Shown one piece after another: positions 9,461-19,730 of a stretch of DNA of 64,000 bases. Below the pieces are notes generated by a model. It was not told the DNA's origin. It searched no databases and worked only from the letters and a program-made list of their open reading frames with translations. The first letter of the stretch is position 1, and every line of letters starts with the position of its first letter. Made by a program: the position numbers and the translations under genes. Location: the NCBI GenBank assembly GCA_036788295.1, contig DAIQNR010000004.1, positions 47,187-111,186 on the forward strand, in the 5' to 3' direction. This DNA is from Myxococcota bacterium. Lineage in GTDB: Bacteria; Myxococcota; Kuafuiibacteriia; Kuafuiibacteriales; Kuafuiibacteriaceae.

Positions 9461-9495
9461 GACCGGAGCCTGCGCCCCTCGTTGCGGTTCGTCCA

Positions 9496-9768
9496 TCAAG
9501 GGTCGGAGGCGGTCTCGGCTTCGGCCCGGGCCCGGGCTTCGGCAGCGGCTCGAACCCGGTCCACGGGGGCCCCGCCGACGGCCTCGAGGTACCAAGCGAA
9601 GCACTCCATGGCCACGCAGCGGTAGATCAGCTCTCGGTGGGCCGCCGGCAGGGCCGAGTCGTTTCGAACCGCGGCGAGCGCGGTGAAGAACGCTTCGGTA
9701 TCCAGCCCCGCCGCCCGCAGCGCTTCGAGGTGGGCGGCGGCCCGGGGGGTGGGTCGGCGTCTCGGCAT
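9496..9768 (-). CDS. Hypothetical helical protein (90 aa)
   Basis: Fills the gap between two co-oriented genes; GC-rich third codon positions. Confidence 0.55.
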   Translation of the reverse strand: MPRRRPTPRAAAHLEALRAAGLDTEAFFTALAAVRNDSALPAAHRELIYRCVAMECFAWYLEAVGGAPVDRVRAAAEARARAEAETASDP

Positions 9769-9772
9769 CGGC

Positions 9773-10441
9773 TCAGCCGGCGGCCTTGTTGGCGGCGGTC
9801 GGCTTGGCTTCGCCTTCGGGGGCCGGCGCCCGCTTCATGAGGTGGTGGGCGCCGGCGGCGAGCCCCCCCGCGATGAGCAGGTCTACGAGGTCCATCCCGA
9901 AGAACAGGTTGCTCGCGGGCATCGGGCCCATCATCGCCGGCCCCATCATCGGGCCCATCGCGCCCATGAACGGGTCCATTCCGTACCCTCCGTACCAGGG
10001 GTTGCCAAAACCGTTCATGGCGAGCGGGTCGAAGACGTTGTTCATCAGCGCGATGGCGCCGGCGCCGCCCAGCGCCCATTTTGCCCATCCGGGGATGCCG
10101 CTCTTCTGCTCGGCCTGCTTCGCGTTGCTCTCGGCCGCGGCCGGTTCGGCCCGGGTCTTCGCCCCGTCGGCGCCGCCGAACAGGGTCTTCCCGAGCGCGC
10201 GCAGGGCCTCTTCCACCCCGCCCTGAGCACCGACGCCGTGAAATGCGTCCTGCGCCGCCGATTTCATCCCGTCGGCCATGCCCGGGGTCGAGAACAGGTT
10301 GTAGCCCGCTCCCCCGGCGGCGCCGAGCAGCGGTCGTCCCATCAGCAAGCCGAGCCCGAGGCCGATCGCGGTGTCGCGGAGCAGGTTCGGGTTTTCGAGG
10401 ATCTGGCCCCGGTTTTGGGGCGGTACGCGCGCGGTGCTCAT
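9773..10441 (-). CDS. Gly/Met-rich hypothetical protein with three hydrophobic glycine-rich segments
   Basis: AIGLGLGLLMG..GAAGGAG, WALGGAGAIALM and LLIAGGLAAGAH segments. Confidence 0.7.
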   Translation of the reverse strand: MSTARVPPQNRGQILENPNLLRDTAIGLGLGLLMGRPLLGAAGGAGYNLFSTPGMADGMKSAAQDAFHGVGAQGGVEEALRALGKTLFGGADGAKTRAEPAAAESNAKQAEQKSGIPGWAKWALGGAGAIALMNNVFDPLAMNGFGNPWYGGYGMDPFMGAMGPMMGPAMMGPMPASNLFFGMDLVDLLIAGGLAAGAHHLMKRAPAPEGEAKPTAANKAAG

Positions 10442-10568
10442 CGTCGTCTCCAGGCGGGGCTCGGCCCCGATGTCCTACATCATCGGCGGCCGGTCCAGGG
10501 AGTTTCGTCGACTTGCTCGCGGACCGGAGCGGATGACGTGGAGCCCTCGGTGGTCTAGCTTCGAAGCC

Positions 10569-11135
10569 ATGAGCGCGTGGCTCGAGGCGTTCGAGGGTCT
10601 GCCTGAAGCGGCCAAGGAGCGGGTCCGGCGGTGGGTCCTGCTTCAGCGGCTCGTCGCCGACACCCTCGGCGTCCCGTTCGAGCGGTGGGTGGAGGAGTAC
10701 GTGGGCGGGGCGATGGCCCACCCTTTCGACTACCGGTTTTTGGACGGGCTGGTCCCGGGCGGGTTCGAAGGCTTTGGCGGAGCCACCGAGTTCTCCCTGG
10801 GCGCGGACCCAGCGACCGCGGGAATGGCGAAGGTCCCGGTTCGAGCGGCAAACCAGCTCGGCCGGCTCTCGCCGGGGTTTCAGGACGCGATCCGCCGTCT
10901 TCTCGACGACCCGGAGGCCCCCGCCGCGACCCCGCCCCCCGGCGACGTCGCCACCCTCCAGAAGATCTTTCCCGGGGTGAAGGCGCTCGCCCGACTCAAG
11001 CGGCCCGAGTTTCGCCGGCTCCGCCTCACCCGGGATCACGACGCGCTGGTGCTGTCGCTCGATGGCCCGGCGGAGGATTTGGCCCAGCTCCCGCTCGAAG
11101 AGGTCGCCTCGACCCTCGCTCGGCGCCAGACCTGA
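10569..11135 (+). CDS. Hypothetical protein (188 aa)
   Basis: MSAWLEAFEGLPEAAKERV...; codon usage looks coding. Confidence 0.6.
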   Translation: MSAWLEAFEGLPEAAKERVRRWVLLQRLVADTLGVPFERWVEEYVGGAMAHPFDYRFLDGLVPGGFEGFGGATEFSLGADPATAGMAKVPVRAANQLGRLSPGFQDAIRRLLDDPEAPAATPPPGDVATLQKIFPGVKALARLKRPEFRRLRLTRDHDALVLSLDGPAEDLAQLPLEEVASTLARRQT

Positions 11136-11395
11136 GCCACGGAGAGCAGGCCCCGGCTCTCGACGGCAGACAGGCGCCCGCCGTGCTGCTGCCGGTGCTC
11201 GACGAGCCGGCCGTGGGCCCTCTGTGCGGCGTCACGCACCGCTCGGGGGGCGACGTGGAAACGGGCGATCAGCCGAAGCCGGGCTTCGAAGCGGAGGTCG
11301 AGCGTGGCCGCGACCTCTTCGATGGCCGCCGTGCGGACGTCCCAATCGAGGGCGGAGAGGGCCGCCGCGAGCTCGGCGTAGGGGCGGTTCGGCAC
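11036..11395 (-). CDS. Small helical (HEAT-like) hypothetical protein
   Basis: DWDVRTAAIEEVA and GRLSAVESRGLLSVA segments; follows xth; 3' end overlaps the opposite gene by 100 nt. Confidence 0.55.
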   Translation of the reverse strand: MPNRPYAELAAALSALDWDVRTAAIEEVAATLDLRFEARLRLIARFHVAPRAVRDAAQRAHGRLVEHRQQHGGRLSAVESRGLLSVAQVWRRARVEATSSSGSWAKSSAGPSSDSTSAS

Positions 11396-11432
11396 CGGCT
11401 GACGGTAGCACCGGGCGGTCTGGAGCGGGACC

Positions 11433-12203
11433 TCAGCGGTCGAGGTGCAGCAGCACCGGACAGTGATCGCTCGGGGCTTCGGACTCCCGGGCGCTCCGGT
11501 CGATGGTGACGCCTCGGGCCCGGGCCAGCACCGGCGCGGTGACGAGGATGTGGTCGATGCGCATGCCGAGGTCCCGCTCGTAGCCGTTTCCTCGGTAGTC
11601 CCACCACGTGAAGCGCCCGGGCGAGGGATCGAAGTGGGCGACCGAATCGGTCAGGCCCCAGTCGAGCAGGCGCTGAAACCGGGCCCGCTCGGCGGAGCTG
11701 ACGAACAGCTGCTCCCCTCCGCCGTAGCCGGCGTGCACGTCGCCGTCGCGGGGGGCGACGTTGAAGTCTCCGAGCAGCACCACCGGCGTGTCCGGGCCCG
11801 GGCCCTGCTCGAGAAACTCGACCAGGCGATCCATCCAGGCGAGCTTGAACCGGTACTTGTCTCCGCCGTAGCTCTGTCCGTTCGGCAGGTAGATGTCGAT
11901 GAAACGAATCCCGGCCACGGTGGCGGCGATGAGCCGCTTGTCCTCCTCTGGGGCAGACCCAGGGAAGCCTCGGACGACCGCCGCCAGGTCCTCCCTCGCG
12001 GCGATGGCGACCCCGTTGTAGGCGGGCTGGCCGAAATACACGACCTCGTAGCCGAGGTCCCCGAACCCGTCTTCGGGGAACTCTTGGTCGGTGATCTTCG
12101 TCTCCTGCAGGCACAGCACGTCGGGCTCGTTGTGTTCGATCCAGTCGAGCACGAGGTCCTCGCGGGCCCGGAGCGAGTTGACGTTCCAGGTGGCGATCTT
12201 CAT
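11433..12203 (-). CDS. xth: Exodeoxyribonuclease III / AP endonuclease
   Basis: [37 protein letters not shown]. Confidence 0.95.
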   Translation of the reverse strand: MKIATWNVNSLRAREDLVLDWIEHNEPDVLCLQETKITDQEFPEDGFGDLGYEVVYFGQPAYNGVAIAAREDLAAVVRGFPGSAPEEDKRLIAATVAGIRFIDIYLPNGQSYGGDKYRFKLAWMDRLVEFLEQGPGPDTPVVLLGDFNVAPRDGDVHAGYGGGEQLFVSSAERARFQRLLDWGLTDSVAHFDPSPGRFTWWDYRGNGYERDLGMRIDHILVTAPVLARARGVTIDRSARESEAPSDHCPVLLHLDR

Positions 12204-14251
12204 CCCGGGGGCCTTGACGGATCGGCGCCGCCTTGTCGAGCCGGAGCCTGATCATCGAAGGCTTCGACGAGCCTCTGCCACGCCGTCTCATCCAGCACCG
12301 GCAACGCGTAGACCGCAGCCGCGTCCCTCGTCCGGTCGGCCCGCTCGCCGAGCACCACGAAATCGGTGGTGCGGTTGACCCTCGGCTCCACCCGCCCGCC
12401 CTTTCGCTCGATCTCGTCCACGATGTGGTGGGCGCCGGCAGCGAAGCGCCCGTCGACGACCACCCGCTGGTGGCAAAACGGGGCCGGAAACGCGGCCCGA
12501 GCGTCGAGCAGGTCCACCCCCGTCGCCCGCAGCCGAGCCAGGAAATCGGGCCCGGGGCCGCGCAGCCACTCGAGCAGCGCCTCGAGCGCGCCCGGCTCGA
12601 CCCCTTCGAGATCGAGCAGCTCCGATGGCCGCATCTCGAACAGCCGCCCCAGGCTGAACGCCTGCTGCAGGACCAGCCGCGCCCCCCGCTCCCCGAGCTG
12701 ACGGATCCCGGCCCAGTACAGGACGCGCCAGCCGGCGAGCCGGGTCCACTCGGCGCGCTCCGCTGCGAATCGAGCCCCGGCGCCGGGGGCCATCCGGTCG
12801 ATTTCGTCGCCGTCGAGACCGAGCACGGCGGGCAGGTCGAGCGGGCCCCTCTCGGCGAGCAACCGGTCGATGAGGTCGGGCGAGAGGCTCGGGAGGCGGA
12901 GGCCCCGGGGCCCGGCGAGGTGGGCGAGCAGCGCCCGGTCCCGGCCCGGACAGCGCGGGCTCGCGCAGACCTTGTGCAGGCCGCCGCGGGGCGGCGCGGT
13001 GCAGCTCGGGCAGCCGGGCGTCGGTTCCGGCCCGACCGGGGAGAGGACCTCCGGGACCACCGCCGGGGCCACCCCGCCCGGACGAACCCGAACCGACTGC
13101 CCGGGCCTCAGAGAAACCAGGCCGGCGGCGCTCGCCGGCACCGGCGCCCGCTCCGGAAGCGGCGGACCGTCCGCCGCTCGGCCGAGCTGGACCACCGGCA
13201 GCAGCGTCCCGGTGCGGCTCACCGCGTGGTAGATCTTGTCCACGGCCGACACGCGGCCAACCGGCGGGAAAGCGAGGCGAACGGTCCGAGGGAGACCTTC
13301 GGGCGGGGGGCGGTGGTGGGTCAGGGTCCCCCCTTCGAGCGCGATCTCGAAGCTCGGGGCCGCTTGCTGCAGGGCGGCGACGAAATCGAGCACCTCCTGA
13401 AGCCCCTTGCACCGCCAGGTCAGGGGCATGATCGCGAAGCCCCAGCTCTTGAGCGCTCCGAGCATCTGCCACCACGAGTCGATGCCCGGCGCCTCGACCG
13501 CTTCCACCGCGAGCACTCGCAGAGGCCGTACGGCCGCGACCCTCGGGTCCGACGCGGCCAGCGAGTGGGCCACCGCCCCTTCGGGCAGGACGTACGGGGG
13601 CTCGCCGGCGTCGACCCGGGCCCGGTCGAGCGCCGCGAGGTCCGCGGTCCGGATCACCGCTCGGGCCAGGACCTCGAGCACCGGCGGGTAGGGAGGGGTC
13701 GGGGTGAGGGTCGAAGGACCAAAGCCCCGGTGGGACGGCTTGGTCGCGCGCGACTCGGTCGTGGACCCGGGGCGCCGAAGCCGCAGCGGTACCGTGCGCA
13801 CCGTCCGCACCGCCTCGGTCACGTCGCGCGCCATCCCGTAGACGTTCGACAACACCGCGCGCACGAGGACGCCGTCTTCGTAGCGGAGGCTGAGGTCCAC
13901 GCCGGACGGCTGGGCGCTCGCCACGTAGATCACCTCGCCCTCGGTCCGGGCCTCGCTCTTCTGATGGTGGGCCTTCAGCTCCGCGACCCCGTGGATCGCG
14001 GGCAAAAGGGACGGAGCGACCCCCTGCTCGCGGCGGCCGGGACCGACCGAGCCGAGCCGTCCCATCCGCCAGGATGGGCTGTCGAGAGGGGGGGGACGGT
14101 CCTGGTCCGACTCCCGCGCGAGCAGCTCGGCCATCGCCGCCCGGCGCTCCACTTCGGGGACCGCCGGATGCTCGAGCACCTCCGCCCGGTGCTCCAGGTC
14201 TCGGAGCCGCTGCCTGAGCCGTTCGAGGCTCTCGTCCTGGCTGGGGCGCAT
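12200..14251 (-). CDS. NAD-dependent DNA ligase (LigA)-like protein, apparently catalytically inactive (Ia, adenylation, OB, Zn finger, HhH, BRCT)
   Basis: [55 protein letters not shown] and RTTDFVVLG align with LigA, but KxDG reads QPSG. ATG start at 14251. Confidence 0.82.
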   Translation of the reverse strand: MRPSQDESLERLRQRLRDLEHRAEVLEHPAVPEVERRAAMAELLARESDQDRPPPLDSPSWRMGRLGSVGPGRREQGVAPSLLPAIHGVAELKAHHQKSEARTEGEVIYVASAQPSGVDLSLRYEDGVLVRAVLSNVYGMARDVTEAVRTVRTVPLRLRRPGSTTESRATKPSHRGFGPSTLTPTPPYPPVLEVLARAVIRTADLAALDRARVDAGEPPYVLPEGAVAHSLAASDPRVAAVRPLRVLAVEAVEAPGIDSWWQMLGALKSWGFAIMPLTWRCKGLQEVLDFVAALQQAAPSFEIALEGGTLTHHRPPPEGLPRTVRLAFPPVGRVSAVDKIYHAVSRTGTLLPVVQLGRAADGPPLPERAPVPASAAGLVSLRPGQSVRVRPGGVAPAVVPEVLSPVGPEPTPGCPSCTAPPRGGLHKVCASPRCPGRDRALLAHLAGPRGLRLPSLSPDLIDRLLAERGPLDLPAVLGLDGDEIDRMAPGAGARFAAERAEWTRLAGWRVLYWAGIRQLGERGARLVLQQAFSLGRLFEMRPSELLDLEGVEPGALEALLEWLRGPGPDFLARLRATGVDLLDARAAFPAPFCHQRVVVDGRFAAGAHHIVDEIERKGGRVEPRVNRTTDFVVLGERADRTRDAAAVYALPVLDETAWQRLVEAFDDQAPARQGGADPSRPPG

Positions 14252-14621
14252 ATCGACCTTGACGGAGATGCCCTCGGCTCGTAGCGTGCCGGGGTCCGGT
14301 TGCCGCCGCCCGAAGCATAACCGTCTCGCTCCCGGGGCCCAAGCCCCGAACGAGGCGTTCGGGAGGGGGCGAACGTTCCCGTGCCTTCTTGGATGGGTGA
14401 GGTGGGGCAAACGCCCCTTCACGCCCTCGGCCCTCATGACGGGGGTTCCGGCCGTCCCGCTGGACGGCTCCGCCGACGGCGCGGCGATCACCCGAACCTC
14501 CTGCCATGACGTATCCACGCGCCACGCGGTTCGCAGAGCGCCCACCAGCGGCCGGGCCTCGTCCCGGCGCCTCGGCCAAGACCGAGGCCCGTCCCCGCCG
14601 CCCGAAACTCGAGGACATCCT

Positions 14622-16043
<1,422 letters not shown>

Positions 16044-16092
16044 CCCAGCAAAGGGACTGCGGATTGAGGCCGCCCGTGCTACGCACCGCAGC

Positions 16093-17400
16093 ATGACGAC
16101 GGGCGCGCGGCACGACAGCCGCCTCCGTGTTCTCGTGCTCGCCCTGGCCGGCCCCGCCTGCCTCGGGAGCCTATCCGACGAAGAGAAGGCTCGCTTCTTC
16201 GACGTTGGGGTTTTCGACCTGGGCGGCCCGGCTTGCCCCGACGTCGTCGCCGAGATCCTCTCGAACACCGCGGCGGGCGGGTGCGCGAGCGCCGGGTGCC
16301 ACCCGGCCGGAGGCGCGCTCGACCTGGAGAGCCCCGGCGTTTTCGACCGCCTCGCCGGCACCCCGTCCCCGACGTGCTCGGGCGAGCTCTGGGTGGACCC
16401 AGACCGCCCGGACGAGTCTTTCCTCTACACGAAGCTCCTCGCCTCCCCTCCCTGCGGAAACCGGATGCCGCTCGGCGGCAATCCGCTCTCTTCGGAGCAG
16501 ATCGGGTGCGTGCTGTCGGCGATCACCGCCGCGGTGCGGCCCGACGCCCCCGACGCGGGCGCAGGGGACGCTACGACCGGCGACGCCGCGACCGGCGACG
16601 CTGGGGACGCGGGCTCCGGGCCGTGCCCCGACGTCGTCGCGACCCGGATCTCGAGGACGACCCCGGGCGGCTGCGCGGTCGGGGGCTGCCACGCCGCGGG
16701 GAGCAGCCTCGACCTGGCGAGCCCGGGGGTGCTGTCCAGGCTGGCCGGTGTCGAGTCGCAGAGCTGCCCTGGGGAGGTCTACGTGAGCCGAGAGCGGCCG
16801 GCTGAGTCGCTCCTGTACACGAAGCTGCTGCCTGGTCCGCTGTGCGGGACCCGGATGCCGCTCGGCGCCGAACCGCTTCCCGCGAGCGAGATCGCGTGCG
16901 TGCTCGAGGCGATCGAAGCGCTCGGAGAGGAGCCTGGCACCGAGGCCGATTTCGAAGCGGAGGCGATGAGCCTTCAGGCGCCGATCGTCATCGCGCAGGA
17001 TCCGGGCGCGTCGGGCGGCTCCTACATCGTCCTCGATTCGGAGACCTCGTTCGAGGCGCCGGACGCCTCCCGCACCGGCAGCGCCACCTACCGCTTCCGG
17101 CTCGGCCAAGCCGGCCAAGCGCGGATCTTCGCCCGCGTCCGCAGCTTCGCCGACGATTCGGACTCGGCGTGGGTCCGGATCGGAGACGGCGCGTTCGTTC
17201 GCTGGAACGACGTGGGAGGCAGCCAGCGCGACGCCTGGATCTGGGAGCAGGTCTGGAACAGCGACGCCGCCAACGCCCCGCTCGTGGTCGAGCTCTCGGC
17301 GGGCGAGCACCGGCTCGAGGTCGTCGGGCGAGAGCGCAACTTTCAGATGGACCGCTTCATCGTGACCGTGGACCCGAACTTCACTCCGCCGGCGAACTGA
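16093..17400 (+). CDS. Lipoprotein with two Cx4CH cytochrome-c-like repeats and a C-terminal carbohydrate-binding-like beta-sandwich
   Basis: LAGPAC lipobox; CASAGCH...RMP and CAVGGCH...RMP; FEAEAM...ASGGSYI C-terminal module. Confidence 0.65.
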   Translation: MTTGARHDSRLRVLVLALAGPACLGSLSDEEKARFFDVGVFDLGGPACPDVVAEILSNTAAGGCASAGCHPAGGALDLESPGVFDRLAGTPSPTCSGELWVDPDRPDESFLYTKLLASPPCGNRMPLGGNPLSSEQIGCVLSAITAAVRPDAPDAGAGDATTGDAATGDAGDAGSGPCPDVVATRISRTTPGGCAVGGCHAAGSSLDLASPGVLSRLAGVESQSCPGEVYVSRERPAESLLYTKLLPGPLCGTRMPLGAEPLPASEIACVLEAIEALGEEPGTEADFEAEAMSLQAPIVIAQDPGASGGSYIVLDSETSFEAPDASRTGSATYRFRLGQAGQARIFARVRSFADDSDSAWVRIGDGAFVRWNDVGGSQRDAWIWEQVWNSDAANAPLVVELSAGEHRLEVVGRERNFQMDRFIVTVDPNFTPPAN

Positions 17401-17974
17401 TCGCGGCGCCGAGCGCGGCGGCGATGTCGGCCGGCGGCGTCCCGTGGGGCAGCTGGTCGAACACCGTCCCGTCGGGCCGAAGCACGAACAGCTGGGTCGA
17501 GTGGTCGATGAGGTCGCCCATCGCCGACCCCGCCGCCACCCGGCGAGCGAACACGCCCCAATCGGCCAGCACCGGGGCGAGCGAGTCCTCGGAGAGAACC
17601 CCGCCCCGAAACCGGGGGTGAAAAGCGGCGGCGTAGCGTCCGATTCGCGGGGGCTCGTCGCGCGCCGGATCGACGCTCACGAACAGCGCGGTCGCGCGCT
17701 CGGCGAGCGCCGGATCGATCCGAAACGCGGCGCCGAGCGCTCCCAAGGTGGAGGGGCAGATGTCGGGGCAGGCGGTGTAGCCGAAATAGAGCGCCAACGC
17801 CCGCCCGCGAAGGTCGGACAGCGAGAGCGACCCGCTCGACGTCCGCACCGAAAAATCGCCGTAGCTCGGACGTTCCTCGCCCCCGGGCCACAGCAAGGCC
17901 CCCACGATCCCGAGGCCCAGGAGGACCCCGAGCCACCGCCAAACGCCCCCAAAGAGGCGCCGGACGGGCCTCAC
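17381..17974 (-). CDS. SCO1/SenC copper-binding protein
   Basis: FGYTACPDICP (CxxxC) and IDHS; N-terminal TM segment; GTGA overlap start. Confidence 0.9.
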   Translation of the reverse strand: MRPVRRLFGGVWRWLGVLLGLGIVGALLWPGGEERPSYGDFSVRTSSGSLSLSDLRGRALALYFGYTACPDICPSTLGALGAAFRIDPALAERATALFVSVDPARDEPPRIGRYAAAFHPRFRGGVLSEDSLAPVLADWGVFARRVAAGSAMGDLIDHSTQLFVLRPDGTVFDQLPHGTPPADIAAALGAAISSPAE

Positions 17975-18423
17975 GGCGAGGTCTCCACCACGAGAAACGC
18001 GGCGGTCCGGTCGGAGAACAGGACCTCCGCCCGCCACCGCATCTTCTCCTGGTCGCAGGCGGGGAGCCCGGCGATCGCGAAGTGGCCGCCCTCCCCCTCC
18101 CGAAAACGCACCCGAAACAGACCCATGTTCATGTCCTCTCCGGACAGCTCGAGCGCCTCCGGCGCCGTCGTCGCGCGGACCTCGAACCGCAGCCGGCCTC
18201 CTTCTATGGCCGCCACGGTCAGGCGCACCTCGCCGTCCGGGAAGCGGACCGAGCACGGCCCCCCGGGCAGCGGGCAGTCGAGCGCCTCCGCGTACGGCAT
18301 CGTCGCCCGCCGAATTGCGGTCCGCAGCTGGGGGGCGAGCCACAAAAGCGCAAGCAAAACGGCCGCTCCGCCGATGGCCACCGGCTGGAGCCACCGCCGA
18401 GCCGCGGTCCGGTCAGCGCCCAT
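17971..18423 (-). CDS. Membrane-anchored hypothetical protein between PCuAC and SCO
   Basis: TM segment, then CPLPGGPC, MNMG and LPAC..MRW; overlaps both neighbours. Confidence 0.7.
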   Translation of the reverse strand: MGADRTAARRWLQPVAIGGAAVLLALLWLAPQLRTAIRRATMPYAEALDCPLPGGPCSVRFPDGEVRLTVAAIEGGRLRFEVRATTAPEALELSGEDMNMGLFRVRFREGEGGHFAIAGLPACDQEKMRWRAEVLFSDRTAAFLVVETSP

Positions 18424-18862
18424 CGGGGGGCGGACCTCGCTCCTTGGGACCGACGACTTGGGCCGTGACCGGCAGCCGGCGCCCGTCGTCGAAGACGAGC
18501 GTGAAGGACACCGTGCTCCCGGCGACGAGCGGGCGCTCGAGGTCGATGAACATGACGTGGAGGCCGCCGGGCGCGAGCGACACCGTCCCCCGCTCGGGCA
18601 CTTCGATCCGGGGCACCGGGCGCATCCGCGCCACCCCTCCCTCGAGGACGTGGGTGTGCAGCTCTACGGTTCGGCAAAAATCGGCCTCGGCCGCGACGAG
18701 CGCCGCCGCCGCGCCCTGATTGACGAGCTGCAGGAACGCGGCGCCGTGGGGAGCCCCGGCGCTGGCGCGGACAACGGCCGCCTCCGCGCGAACCGCGCCC
18801 TGCCCGTCGTTCGGCCGGCTCGGGGTGCACGCGAGGACCGCGAGCAGCGTCCACCTCCTCAT
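18413..18862 (-). CDS. Copper chaperone PCu(A)C
   Basis: ELHTH...ARM...PGGLHVM (H-x-M...HxM motif). Confidence 0.9.
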   Translation of the reverse strand: MRRWTLLAVLACTPSRPNDGQGAVRAEAAVVRASAGAPHGAAFLQLVNQGAAAALVAAEADFCRTVELHTHVLEGGVARMRPVPRIEVPERGTVSLAPGGLHVMFIDLERPLVAGSTVSFTLVFDDGRRLPVTAQVVGPKERGPPPDGR

Positions 18863-18957
18863 GCCCCCGGTGGTCGGGCAGGAGACCGACCGAGGCAAGC
18901 TCGACCCGCCGTCCTTGACTCGACCGTCGGCCGCAGAAACGATCGGGAGGCGCCGCC

Positions 18958-19725
18958 ATGAAGCTTCGTTACGCCGGCCTCACTCATGTGGGTATGAAAC
19001 GCACCCACAACGAGGACAACATCGCCCTCCTGCCGGAGGAGAGCCTCTACATCGTGGCCGACGGCATGGGCGGCCACGCGTCCGGCGAAGTGGCGAGCCA
19101 GATGGCGGTCGAGACCATCATGTCCTTCTTCCGGATGACGACCAGGGACGAAGAGGTCACCTGGCCGTTCAAGGAAGAAAAGAACCTCCGCTACGACGAA
19201 AACCGGCTGGTGGCGGCGATCAAGTTCTCGAACCAGCGCATCTACGAAGCGGCGGCCCGTGAGTCCCGGTTCAAGGGCATGGGGACGACGATCGTGACCG
19301 CGTTCTTCACCCAGGGGGGCGCGTACCTGGGCCATGTCGGCGACTCGCGCGGCTACCGCCTCCGCGACGGCGAGATCGAGCTGATCACCGACGATCACTC
19401 CCTGCTGAACGACTACATCAAGGCCAACAAGCTCACCCCCGAGGAGATCGAGAACTTCCCCCACAAGAACGTCATCGTTCGGGCGCTCGGGATGAAGGAC
19501 TCGGTGCAGGTGGACGTGAACCGGCTCGACCCTCGGCCGGGGGACTTCTACCTGCTCTGCTCCGATGGGCTGTCGGGCATGATCACCGACGACCAGATCC
19601 GGGATCTGACGCTCGCCGCCGATGGCGACCTCGAGAAGGCGTGCGAGGACCTCGTGACCGCGGCCAACGACGCCGGGGGCACCGACAACATCACCGTGGC
19701 GCTGGTGCAGTTCCTCGGGACCTGA
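18958..19725 (+). CDS. PP2C-family (Stp1/IreP) Ser/Thr phosphatase
   Basis: [33 protein letters not shown]. Confidence 0.95.
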   Translation: MKLRYAGLTHVGMKRTHNEDNIALLPEESLYIVADGMGGHASGEVASQMAVETIMSFFRMTTRDEEVTWPFKEEKNLRYDENRLVAAIKFSNQRIYEAAARESRFKGMGTTIVTAFFTQGGAYLGHVGDSRGYRLRDGEIELITDDHSLLNDYIKANKLTPEEIENFPHKNVIVRALGMKDSVQVDVNRLDPRPGDFYLLCSDGLSGMITDDQIRDLTLAADGDLEKACEDLVTAANDAGGTDNITVALVQFLGT

Positions 19726-19730
19726 GGCGC

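Noticed and set aside
14252-14621. Structured RNA or extended Rho N-terminus in the 370-bp gap
   Set aside because: No riboswitch or ncRNA fold recognisable by eye, and the RBS supports ATG 14622; an Infernal/Rfam scan would be needed.
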